DNA of 64,000 nt from Dimargaris cristalligena (taxonomy: Eukaryota), in NCBI GenBank assembly GCA_003614675.1, contig ML002221.1, positions 1 to 64,000 of the forward strand. The letters are read 5' to 3'. Each line of letters opens with the position of its first letter. Position 1 is the first letter of the stretch. The notes beneath the pieces were generated by a model. That model saw nothing but the letters and a program-made list of their open reading frames with translations. It was not told the origin of the DNA and made no database searches. A program made the position numbers and the translations under genes. This document shows positions 22,401 to 33,703 of this stretch, in pieces.

Positions 22401-24967
22401 TTTTGGCCTATCATTATCATATATATCTATTGTATTTTTTTTTGCGACGCCCCTCACCGCTGACCATAACAACAACGACAGCGTGCGTGCGCCCCCGATT
22501 GCCTAATTCAAGTGGAAGAAAAGGTAAGGTCCGACTTTGATTACTGGAACTACAAATTACTCACAGTGGCGGCTTAGGTCAATGTTTACCACATACGTGG
22601 CCGTGAATGGGGGGTGTATGTGGATATGCATCTATAGTATGTGTCCAATTCTACATTGAGCCTGGAAGACGGTGCAGCACTATTTCCCGATTATGTTTTA
22701 GAGTTGTTGGGCAGGGGGGGGGTTGGAATCGGCCTTTAAGGGGTACGGTTGGCAAGAGGGAGGAGAGGGGTGAAAAAAGGTGAATACGGGAGGAGAGAGA
22801 GGTGCCAATAAAAGCGTATTGAGCCCTAGGTATATGGTTATTCTCCTCCTTGACGGGTGGGAGGTAGGAACCAGGCCGAGTCAGTAGTGGGCTGGAATGG
22901 AAGGAGAGACGGTGACGAGGGCGGTGGTGTATGATTTACCCCGCGACTCAATAGTCGTTTGGGGCGCCACTACTCCAGCAGCTTCACGAACGCCTACTGC
23001 TAAGCGACATAGGGGGGGGGGATCTATGCGCCTGACTTTCCCTTCATTTTTTTTGGGCCCTCCTCTTTTATTGGCACTCTCACCGCTCTCCATTCACCCC
23101 GCCACACCAACGGCTATTCTTACCCTTATCCTCAATGGCGGGTGCGGAGTATTATCGGAATTCGCAACAGCCCTGGCTGGAGGTTGCTTGTGTAATCACC
23201 GGGTCGTTCCAAATTGTGCTCCGCTAGGGCCAATCGGTTGCGTAGGTCGGTGTGTTACGACTGGACGAAGCTCAGTGAGGGGGGAGAAGGTGTGAGGTGG
23301 AGCAACTGGGGGAATGGGGGGTGGCGTGTGCGAACTTTGGTAGTGCACTCTCCACTATTAGGATCGACACTTATTGTTGGCCGTGGTGGGCCCATACCTG
23401 TTCTAGGCCCGGGATATACAATCCCCTCCCACCTTTTTCTTCATACGCGTGCACGCGAGCGAGCTAGCCCCATCGGAGCGTCGAGCGAGACCGTGAAGCC
23501 CTCTGTAATGCTCGGGTGGCAAGGAGGAGGAGGAGTAGGGGCGGGGGGATTATTAAGCGGTTAGTAAAGTGTCGTTCGAGTGACCGAAACTTTTCAAACC
23601 CCGACCTCCATCACGCTCCACCATCGAGAGTGGGAGGAGCGTGGTGTGGGGATATAGTTTGGGTCGCGGGGGAGTTCATTATGCGACTAGGCCAGCCCCT
23701 TTCCCTTTCTTGCTTTTCCTTTCGCCATCCCATCCCATCCTATCCCTGACCTTCCATCCCCACCTACCCCGGTCTCTCCCACCCCGGTTAACATAGTGGG
23801 ACCTTCTCCCCTATCCTTATCGCCCGACCAGCATCGCTTTGGCTCTTATTCTTTGACAGCCCTCTTTGTTGACCGGTTACGCATACACTCAACTAGTCGC
23901 ATTATATATACTGTCCACCGTCTCGCCCCTCTGGCCTTTCTGTTTCGCATTTCCGTTGGCCGTGTGTTGTCTACTCCACCACCTCTTCCTTCTCCTTCCC
24001 TCCGCTGTTCCTTCTCCCTCTGTATCCGCTTGTCCGTGCCCTCCACTTCCCGTCGTCTCCTTCTCTTTATTCCGGTCTTTTTGTATTACTCGGATCCCGG
24101 CCTACACTAAACTTCACTTTGTTCTTTGTCCCTAACTCCCCCCCTTTCTCTCTCTCCATCCCCCTTCGCTGGTTAGCCTTCTCGATACTAGTGCTCCGCT
24201 TTCTACGCCCCGGCCCGCCTACTCTCCTGTCCTCTCGCTTCTCTATCGCCTATTTCCTTATCGCCACCCCCTGTCGGCGATATACACGACACCCAACCGT
24301 CGGCTCGGTATCTTCCTTTCACTCCGCTCGACGAAAGTCCTTTTCTTCAAAAAAAAAAAAAATAGGCGAGCTTGCTTCGGCCGCTCTTCTATTTCTGAGA
24401 ACCCCATACGTGGTCCAAGCTCCTTTTTGCCAGCCTCGAGGTCTGGTTCGCGTTCTTTTATCTCCACGCTTATTCTTTCCTCCGTCTACTCACTTTCCTT
24501 CTCTCCAATATCCCCACAGTTTCATAATTATTTAAGGTTACCAGTGGACACGTTCAGCTGCACCTCCTGCTCATTGATCGCTGTTGTTTGGAGAGCCGTT
24601 TTTATTCTACCGTCGTATCCTGTCCTCCACCTTCTTCCTTATATTACCTCTGCTTTTCACTCCCTCACTCCGCTTAGTTGTTACCCTTCCCCCGCATTCT
24701 TAACTCAAATAACCGGCCACCTAACACAACACTCCCCCTCCCATCCTCATTAACCCGATTCCCGGTTCACTCCCCCCAGCGCCTGACTCTCCTTACCCCA
24801 CTCGCACTCTTCTCCTTTCTGTATCTTCCCCTCTCTTTCTATTCTTTGGTCGTTGGCCCCTGTCCTGACTGTTCCCAGTTGCAGGTTTTTGTTTTCTCCC
24901 CCCTTTGACCGACACTAGCGCACATACGTCCACACACCCGTGTCGACATATATACACATAGTTTCTC

Positions 24968-27900
24968 ATGAGCGAGAACCCACTTGCTCCGTCTTTTGAA
25001 ACTCCGCCTACGCGTTCGGATACACAGCCGTTGCCGCCACGTAAAGAGCCCTGTGCCACCCCTCTGTCCATTAAACTCCCGCCGATCCAGGATCTCAACT
25101 CCACCCCGCGGGGCGAACCTGACTCGCCTGCCCATATCTCCGGCCGACGATCCGCCGGTGACCCGTACCTCCCAGCTACCAGTGCTCCCGCCGCTTCCCT
25201 AGCCGATCCCGTCAGTCGCGCCATGACCCAGTCGGTGCCAGGGACCCAGACTGCGGCCCCGGCTCATCCCTTGAGCTCGGCCAATCTTACTGCCAGTATA
25301 GTCACTTCGTCGGGTGATCCCGCTTCGGTCCTCAAAAGCGAACCGTCGTCGGTATCCCCCCGGCCCACCCTCACCCCCGCCATCTCACTACCACCGCCGT
25401 CCCATCCGAGCGCGGCTCCCTTCTCTCCCTCGGGCTATGCGACCCGTATGTACACCACGGGCCCGCCCCCACCCGGGGGTCCCCCACTCCCGGGCTTCAT
25501 GCCACACAACCACCCACCTGCCTCTCCCACCCGCCCCCACCACCATCCGCACGCTCCCCGGCGGTTATCCCACTCGACTCACCATCCTTCACACTACGCC
25601 ACCCAGAGTCCGCCGGTGCCGTTCCCCCGGCCCCAGGGCTATCAGCCCCAACCACCCGACCGGGTTATCCCCTTCCCTCGTATGTACCCTGCGCCGGGGG
25701 AGAACGCTTACCGACCCCGTCCGCCTAATCATGCCGCCCCCTTGTACCATCACCCGGCTGCCGGTCTACCCCACCCCCCATCATCCCCCTACGGGCTGCC
25801 ACCCCCGCCTAACGGTCCGCATTCCCATCATGGGGGGCACCCCATGGCGGGCATGGGCCATCCACCTAACTTGCTAGCTAATATGTCGCACCAGCCCCCC
25901 ATGCCTAATCTTCCCAACGGTACCCTCACCGATCATTGGACCGAGGAAGAAGTGGCCGAGATTCTGTCCTACATCAAGAACAATTTCCAACTGTGGCAGC
26001 AGTCCAAGGCGGTGAGCTACCGTAAGTGCCGGGAGCAGCTGCCGAACCGGACGGAAAAGCAAATCAAGAACAAGGTGGAGAAACTAATCAGCAAGTATCA
26101 CAAACTGTGCACCTGGAAGGCCACTACCGCCGATCCGCAGTCCCAAGTGCGGAACTGGAAATGGTACACTAAGCTTCACGAGGTTTTTCACACCCTGGAT
26201 ACCACCCGACCCGGGTCCAAGGGCCCCCTTTCCTCCATGGGCAATGGTGGTAATTCGGGGGTTCCGGTTTCGAGCCCTCATTCTGCCGGTGGGCATACCG
26301 CCTGGAAGTCGGCCGGCTCTTCGGACGACCGTTCCAGTATGGGCTCGGATAACCCCCGCGCTTTTCCCAGCGAGCTAGTGCGGCGGCATACCACGAGTTC
26401 GGCTCGGCCAACCATCCGCACCCAACACGGCGGCCCTCACCAAATGCGGATGGCCTCCCCTTCAGTAACCGCAGCATCTTCCTCACTATTAGCCCTGGCA
26501 TCGGCCTGGAAACCCAACCCGGAGCCCAGCCCACGTGGGGGGAGCTCTTCTTCCCAGCATTCGAGCCACCCTCCACCACTGTCACTGCCCCCTATCGAGT
26601 CCGAATCCTCTGCATTTGCGCCTTTCCCTCGGCTACCCGGCGAAGGCCTCCAAAACCAACCGCCCCCTCAATTCCAAGGTCACCCCCACAGCCATCTTTA
26701 TAACAGTCGGTTACGGAGCCAGTCCGCCAGTGTGGTGGGCGAACATCCAACGATGCTACGGGCGCCCCCCGGTTTCGACAGACATGGTGGGGGCCCACTT
26801 AGACATCCCCGGGTCAGCGGGCACCCTCCCCCGCTTATGATGTCGGGTCATCCCCACCACCGACATCATCCCAACTCTTCCCACTCGGGTTCACCCCTAT
26901 CCCCACACCACCGCCCTCCTCCCCACCAGTCAGGTCTCGATGGCCCTGGTCACCGGGACGGGCGTTTGCGTTCCCCACTTCACGGCGCACCCGAAGGAGT
27001 TCATTACAGCCAAGAACATGATGCTGCCAACCGCCCGCGTCGTAGTTCTATGCCGGTTCCACCCCCCGGCGATTCTACAGTCCCGCCGCACCAGAGACCC
27101 CTGGAAAACGGCATGGCTTCCCCTCGCAGCGGCCAGCCCCGTATTTCGCTCAGCTTTGCGAGTGATGATGTCGAGTGGAACTACCACCCAAATGGTTCAG
27201 GACCCACACCCCCTTACTCAGGGACTCCCACTAGTGGTCCATCGTCGCCCTACACTCTCACACCGAGCCGATTCACCGCCTACCCGCCTCCTGCGGGGCC
27301 TGGTGGTCCCTTGCCGCCCCCAGGTCAGAGTGGCTCAAACCATTACATGCCTCGAATCCGGGCTCCCATTGGCCATCACCACCGCCACCGGCATAGTGTA
27401 TACGAAAGCCCCAATGTTCAGTCCCCCATCTGGTCCGAAAACAACTCTGCCGGGCCTTCGAGTGCTCCCTACCCCCAACCTGCTGCCGGAGGTCCTTCGA
27501 GTACTGGTCCCGCCAAGCGCCGTAAGAGCTTCCATGACCACCCCCGTCCGGACCTGGCTACCGGCTTGGGGGCGGACCCCTCACCGAACGAGGCTTCTCG
27601 CTCCCCTGGATTCGAGCACCCGCTCGCGCACGCCGGTTACCCCCTTGCGACAACTGCATCCCACCCTGGGTCGGTGGGATCCGAAAACCGGAATCCGGCT
27701 GACGGCGGCCGCCCTAGCCCTACCACCTCCTACTCGGCGGGAGCCGTTCCTCTGGTGAAACCCAGCCCGCTTGGTTCCCGTTCTAACCGAATCCTTGCCA
27801 TCACTGATCAGGCTTTGCATGAGAAGAGAAAGCGGGTCATCAGCCACGGTGTCCCCGAGAATCTCCAGCAATTGACCCAGGATATTGAGGGCTCGATTAG

Positions 27901-29356
27901 CGTTCAGCAGGGTCCCAGTCCCAAGAGTCCAGGCAGGGGTTCCACCAGGGACACTCCGATGCATTCAGATGCGGCTATACCTACGACTATGGACTGCCAG
28001 CGCAGCTCATCACTCGAGTCTCCGTATTGCGGCCAACCTACTTCATCGTCGCCTCCGCAGAAATACGGACCTTCGGGGAGCTCCGCCCAGCCCCATGCTA
28101 AGCGTCTGGCTGTGCGACGACGCGCCGCCACTGTATCCGAAGGGGCCCGAGTTCCTGAATACTGGTCTGCGTCCATGGAGAACTCCAACGGTAACCATGC
28201 TCACAACCAAGATGGTCACCCAAGGGATGTACCAATAGGCGGTATGGCTACTGCTGCGCATACCCTTGCCTCGATTACCACCAGTGGCTCCCACTCATCC
28301 TCATCCTCATCCTCCTTGTCCCTTGGAATCAATGAGCAGCCCTTGTCTTCTTCCCCCTTGGGTTCCCTAACATCATCGCCTGGTTCATCTCGGATGATGT
28401 CCCCCCGTGCCTTCACCGCCTCATCGACATTGTCGGTTGCCTCAGCCCATGTCAATGGGTCGGCTGACGGTGTTACCAATGCCAGCATGGAAAGCACGCG
28501 TACGGTAGGCGACTCTGCCCACCAAGGACTCGCGGATTTGATTCGGATAGGCAGTGGAGAAGACTCTGTGCATTTTTCCCGAGCCGGTGCCCAGACTAGG
28601 CTGTCTATCGGTACCACCGAAGTGGACCTCTCCCAAATTTTGCCAATCAGTTATTGTCAGCATATCCAGCCCTTCGTGGCTCATCTCATTGGCACCGTCC
28701 AGGGACTCATGGACCTCAAGACCCAGGAAATCCACTTGCACCACGAGCTCCAGCAGGTTCTGCGCAAACTGAAACAACATCAGCTGGGAGATAAAATTTG
28801 CGAATCCTTTAGCCCCGACCACTCGACCCAGCAAGTATCCGTTCACTCCCACTCAACCTCCCATGGCCGGTATAGCTTTCAGTTGCCGGCTTCCGAAGAT
28901 GTGGATATGTCCGATTCTAAGGATTCCAATCACCCGGCTGACTTGATCCACTCCACTAGACAGGTCTGTACCGGCCATAGTCCAATCTCACCCTCTGGCC
29001 CAGGATTCCCCGGGAACCATGGTTCTGGTGAGCCCATGGATATGGAGATGGCCGACGCTGTTGAACTGGCCATGTCACTAGTTAAGCGGGCCTCGTCGCT
29101 ATCTTCATCGACCTCGTCCACTTCGACGTCGACATCCACTCCTACTACTATGAATGTGCCTATAGAGTCTAGCGATAAGCACCCTACCGCCTCCCCAGCG
29201 GAGGATTTAAACACCGGCACCCTGCTTAACGAAGATCGTCATAAGACTCCCACCGAATCAGAAGGGTGTGGAGATACCCTGGCGACTAAACAAGAGGGCA
29301 TATCTCCATTGAATCATTCCCAAGAATTGGTATTGCCTGCTGTCTCTGAAGCCTAG
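24968..29356 (+). CDS. Large Pro/Ser/His-rich protein with one Myb/SANT-like (trihelix-type) DNA-binding domain; putative transcription factor (1462 aa)
   Basis: 4.4-kb uninterrupted ORF. Domain WTEEEVAEILSYIKNNF...RTEKQIKNKVEKLISKYHK...WKWYTKLHEVF; basic motifs PAKRRK and EKRKR; short amphipathic/coiled-coil segment near the C-terminus. Confidence 0.85.
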   Translation: MSENPLAPSFETPPTRSDTQPLPPRKEPCATPLSIKLPPIQDLNSTPRGEPDSPAHISGRRSAGDPYLPATSAPAASLADPVSRAMTQSVPGTQTAAPAHPLSSANLTASIVTSSGDPASVLKSEPSSVSPRPTLTPAISLPPPSHPSAAPFSPSGYATRMYTTGPPPPGGPPLPGFMPHNHPPASPTRPHHHPHAPRRLSHSTHHPSHYATQSPPVPFPRPQGYQPQPPDRVIPFPRMYPAPGENAYRPRPPNHAAPLYHHPAAGLPHPPSSPYGLPPPPNGPHSHHGGHPMAGMGHPPNLLANMSHQPPMPNLPNGTLTDHWTEEEVAEILSYIKNNFQLWQQSKAVSYRKCREQLPNRTEKQIKNKVEKLISKYHKLCTWKATTADPQSQVRNWKWYTKLHEVFHTLDTTRPGSKGPLSSMGNGGNSGVPVSSPHSAGGHTAWKSAGSSDDRSSMGSDNPRAFPSELVRRHTTSSARPTIRTQHGGPHQMRMASPSVTAASSSLLALASAWKPNPEPSPRGGSSSSQHSSHPPPLSLPPIESESSAFAPFPRLPGEGLQNQPPPQFQGHPHSHLYNSRLRSQSASVVGEHPTMLRAPPGFDRHGGGPLRHPRVSGHPPPLMMSGHPHHRHHPNSSHSGSPLSPHHRPPPHQSGLDGPGHRDGRLRSPLHGAPEGVHYSQEHDAANRPRRSSMPVPPPGDSTVPPHQRPLENGMASPRSGQPRISLSFASDDVEWNYHPNGSGPTPPYSGTPTSGPSSPYTLTPSRFTAYPPPAGPGGPLPPPGQSGSNHYMPRIRAPIGHHHRHRHSVYESPNVQSPIWSENNSAGPSSAPYPQPAAGGPSSTGPAKRRKSFHDHPRPDLATGLGADPSPNEASRSPGFEHPLAHAGYPLATTASHPGSVGSENRNPADGGRPSPTTSYSAGAVPLVKPSPLGSRSNRILAITDQALHEKRKRVISHGVPENLQQLTQDIEGSISVQQGPSPKSPGRGSTRDTPMHSDAAIPTTMDCQRSSSLESPYCGQPTSSSPPQKYGPSGSSAQPHAKRLAVRRRAATVSEGARVPEYWSASMENSNGNHAHNQDGHPRDVPIGGMATAAHTLASITTSGSHSSSSSSSLSLGINEQPLSSSPLGSLTSSPGSSRMMSPRAFTASSTLSVASAHVNGSADGVTNASMESTRTVGDSAHQGLADLIRIGSGEDSVHFSRAGAQTRLSIGTTEVDLSQILPISYCQHIQPFVAHLIGTVQGLMDLKTQEIHLHHELQQVLRKLKQHQLGDKICESFSPDHSTQQVSVHSHSTSHGRYSFQLPASEDVDMSDSKDSNHPADLIHSTRQVCTGHSPISPSGPGFPGNHGSGEPMDMEMADAVELAMSLVKRASSLSSSTSSTSTSTSTPTTMNVPIESSDKHPTASPAEDLNTGTLLNEDRHKTPTESEGCGDTLATKQEGISPLNHSQELVLPAVSEA

Positions 29357-30636
29357 CTGACGAGTGTCATATCCGCGACCCCGATTATCTTACTACATCC
29401 AATTGGGGATTATGGCTAGCGCTTTTCTTTTTAATAAGAGCCAATTTCATTACTTCTCACCTCTGCTTTTTTTTTTGACTTGCGAGGAGTGTGGTGGATC
29501 TAAATCTTGTAACTGTTACCCTCTGAGGTTTGTATATCGGATAAGTTCGTTCTAAAATATATTCTGGTCATCAGAACCTTCAACTCCCCCTTTCAGTAAT
29601 TTATTAAATTATTATCTACACTTGTTGATTTGCACTCGATTCCCTATTCTTACATTCCATTTATCATTTTAAAATTACTCATGTTTACTACCCTTTGCCT
29701 TCCCATTCTCTGCATCGCGTACCCTCTCTGATTGGTCGTAGTTGGCACATTTACTAATCCTTATAATTCAGTTATTATATACTCCTTAGTTGCTGGAGTT
29801 GCCATTTACATTTCAACCGTCCTTTAGATCACAACTCCTTTATAGTATCTGAATAATACCGGATTTTGAGTTTATTATTTACCCCTTCGCTTTTATTCCC
29901 TTCTGACTTTCAGAACCCTGTATTCTCCATCTTTTCGTATCGCGTATCTGTTTTCGTTGTAAGGGCAGTTTATCGCGTTCTCTTTTTCCCTCCCCCGACT
30001 TTGTCATTCCATTCAATTATTATAAAAGTAGTCAAATTTATGAGTTGTATTTATTGATCTTATTAGATTAATTTTTGACGTGTTTAATATCGATCCCGCA
30101 GCTTCACCGCGTAGAAAATCTACCTGTATATTATAAGGTAATCTCGAATATATGTCATTATGGCCAAAATCTAGGATGATGTCTAGGAGTATCTCCTGTT
30201 TTTCACAATAGTAAAGACCTCATTCCCATGCTAAGGCCATTTCCCATTCACGAATAATTATTTGCCACAACGGCGACTTTATTATGATATTAGCCCGTAT
30301 ACCAGTAATAGCCCATTGTAAAGATATCAGGGGGGATTGGCTGCGATGAGTAGATGTTATCGAGGTGTGATCTTTACATTGTTCACGCCCTTTATTTCAA
30401 CTCCTACTCTCAGCGGATTGCACTTCATCTCAATTTTAGCCAAGGACTAGCCTAGTCTTCCCTAAGATGGTTTATGGATAATATACATCATCAGAAATTG
30501 CTTTATTGGGGATACGATGATTTAGTATCTGACGGAAAAACGGCAGCCGTAAGCAGGTGGCCGCCATCAACCTAGCCATTTGGTGTGCTAAGGTTGCCAT
30601 CCCCATAAAGAGCCGTTTATACGGATGTAAGATGGA

Positions 30637-31383
30637 TTACTTCAAAAGCGCAATCGTCTCAATTTCGACTAGCCCATCCTTGGGCAGCCTAGATACCTGG
30701 AAAGCCGAGCGAGCCGGACGGTGGTCACCGAATATTTCCGCGTACACTTCGTTCATGCCATCAAAATCATCCATATCCTGGAGAAATACGGACGTTTTGA
30801 GGACATAGTCTAAATCCGAGCCGGCGGTTTGGAGGACGGCCTGGATATTGGTGAAGGCCTGGCGGGTTTGACTGCGAATGTCGGAGCCGGCGAATTGGCT
30901 GGCGGCAGTAAAACCCAGCTGGCCGGAGGTGTAGACTTGGCCATTGGCAATGACGGCGTGGCCTGTTTTAGTTTTGGTTGGTTATATATATATATAATAT
31001 TATAATCATGTGAGTGAGACGGTCAGTATGATCTACTAGGCATAAATGGTGTAAGTGTAGTCCAGTGGACCTTGTCGCCTAAAATGGATGGACCAAGACA
31101 GGCCTGGGTGGGGTTCAATAAATAGTGTACCAACTTCCCCCTATTGTTCAGAAGTAGTTATGTGGTTAGGGTCGGAGCGGATATTAGGGCGACGGTCCTA
31201 TATCATGCAAATTTAACCGGGGAATAAACCCAGGTGGCGCCCGGGTGCAGCATTAGAAACGGTTTAATCGCATAGCCCAGCGATTTACGCAAGTAAGCCA
31301 CTCTCGGGTATGACCCACTTACAGTAAGGGCCGAGGGGTCTGGCAACATCCCGAGAGATGACGGACTGGATTTTGGGAGACAT
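30637..31383 (-). CDS. RidA/YjgF/YER057c/UK114-family enamine/imine deaminase (Hmf1/Mmf1-like); 2 exons, 128 aa
   Basis: Exon 1 31383-31323 (MSPKIQSVISRDVARPLGPY), GT-AG intron, exon 2 30962-30637 (HAVIANGQVYTSGQLG...QTRQAFTNIQAVL...KTSVFLQDMDDFDGMNEVY...RPARSAFQVSRLPKDGLVEIETIA). Catalytic Arg in PARS is present. Absent from the ORF track. Confidence 0.95.
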
Positions 31384-32319
31384 GGTACGGGTCGAAATAA
31401 AAATGAGCCCGGGTGCGCTACGTGAGTATGATAGACAGATAATGTAGTTTTATTAAAATAGAAACCACCCCGGATAGTAGTTGTGCGAAGGGGAAGAATG
31501 TATATATGACTAACTGACAGGCATTTCGGGAAGACCATCGGGCACAATGTATTTATACCATTTTCCTAGTTAGATGAGTGTTTTGGTGTGCAAACCCCGA
31601 GTCAGTTTACCATGAATTGCTATGCCTTAATTGATGTAATTTGGTCAACATGGTATGGTGGATATGAACCCTGCTGTCAGACTTGGCATGGTAGTTCCTA
31701 ATGAATAGGTTGTCCGGGTTATGGTTGCATTCGGAAAAAGGGGGAAGGGGGGTGAACAAGTTAGAAGTACATAAGGCAAGGGGGTGGTTAGGCTGGCTAT
31801 GGAACACTCTCTCGACTAGATTAGGCATGCAAGCATATTTAATGCTTGGGGACAAGGATAGAACTATTAGATTATTGATGCCCAGCACCTGGGTGACTGG
31901 TATACGCATAAAGCTTTAATTTCCCGCACTGTGTGGATTCCCCCCCTTGCTAGCACACTTGGTAAAGAGCAGAACCAGTAAAGCAATCTTTGGCGTTTTC
32001 CATTTGCACAGCACCCCCCCCCCCACACACACGCACACAACCTTGGAGATTCGCATCTGGCCTCTGGCTATGCCAAGATTGGGTTCACCGGACCATTCCC
32101 ATACATCGAGTCGGATTACTCGATATTTTGACCTTCACCAGCAGCATTAAAGACCCCGCCAGCATTAGTATACGGGAGAAATTGGTCCCAGTGAGAGTCA
32201 GTTAGTTGGCGGGTTTCCAAACTACCACCAAGCTGCGACTCCCAGTCAACTGCATGCTCTACTGTTATTCGTGAATTCACCCTCCCCTCCCCTACTCCAC
32301 TCTATCTTTATTATTAGTT

Positions 32320-33103
32320 ATGCCCTCATCGCAATCCAAGCGTCCCGCCCGTTCGTCGTCCCCTGCAGCGGCCTATCATACTCAGCTAGCCGACCCCATG
32401 CCGAGTGGGGCTAATTCGCCATCCCCGGTGGCTCCTCCGAAACGCCATATAACCAGTTCCGACGGTTCTAGTGACGCTTCATCCATTAGTAGTGGCAGTC
32501 GGGCGGACCGCGACCGACCGTTCAATGACCTGGACTCCTTAGCCGGCCGACCACCACCACCCCGGACAGCGGGGGCCCCGGAATCCACAACCTCCCACAG
32601 CCTACTGGAGAATGGGTTATGGCATCTGATGGCACCCGTGTTTACCGAATTGGACACGGGCATGGAGGACGTCCAGCATAGTCAGGTAGAGCTATCCCAG
32701 ACTTTGGAACGGATTTTAGCAGGTAAACTATATGCTCTAGAATAAAAAAGGGTGGTTTGGCCTTTGATGGTACTGTTGACCCCCCCCCTCCCCACCCGCT
32801 TCTGGTCAAATGTTGATAGTGGTAGCTATTGAATTGTATAATAGTGAAGGCAACCCCTTGTTTTACTTATCAGTCCACCTAAAAATATCTAACCGGTTCC
32901 TAAACTAAAACTGTATTTGTCAATACCGGCTTTTTCCGATAGAGCTGCAACTACTTGACCAGGCCACCGAGCCACCCCCGCGCCTAAAAGGCTGTATTCA
33001 GAACCTGACTGACGCCCGTCGGAAATTGACCAATATTAATTATATTCTGCGGGGGGTTCAAGAACGGCTCGATCGCTTAAACGAAAAGGCTGTCCGGTTG
33101 TAG
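32320..33103 (+). CDS. SNAPIN: Snapin-like BLOC-1 subunit; 2 exons, 187 aa
   Basis: Exons 32320-32722 and 32943-33103 splice in frame. LENGLWHLMAPVFTELD...V..SQVEL...LERI.AEL and L.DARRKL..IN.IL..VQERLDRL match the Snapin pattern. Confidence 0.8.
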
Positions 33104-33703
33104 ATATATTCGCGGTTCGGGGTTTAACGCAATACTGGCCGGTTCATTAAAGGGGTAAAAGCCGTATGTTTATTTTCCCGACGGTGTGGGAACCCATGCC
33201 TCTGTTCTCATTTGATAAATATAAATATATTAAAGAAAGCTATGTATGTTGAAGGCGCCCCATATGAATCTTTATAAAATAGGTAACTTGGTTATATTGG
33301 TTATATTGGCATTGAAGCGCATGGCCATGTCATAATTAACTAAAGGACACCAATACTAGAATCCCGGGTTTCCAATAATGAGAAATGATAAAACTGGTAA
33401 CCCTTACTGCGGCAAAAGAGGTACATAGTTGCTGATACCTCCGTGATGTTGGAAATGTGTGATATTCAGAGCACCCAATATGCTGATACATTACTATAGG
33501 TACAAAAAAAAATAAAGAAGAGGAACTAGAATTGCTTATTAGTTTACTAATTCAGGTGTTTCTTCCGTATAGTCCCATTTCAGACAACATTGTTCTAATA
33601 TTCAGTTTAAACTCTACAATTCCTTTCGCAGGTTGCTACTCATTTCCTTCCCCTTGTACTTTGCCAACTTCCATCTACTCTTATTAACCTGTCCCTGCTT
33701 ACT

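Noticed and set aside
25314..29220. Many overlapping alternative-frame and antisense ORFs inside the Myb-like gene (likewise in PRP28 and the GATA gene)
   Set aside because: Expected by-products of GC-rich coding sequence; no independent motifs.
30557..30808. 83-aa plus-strand ORF
   Set aside because: Antisense shadow of RidA exon 2.
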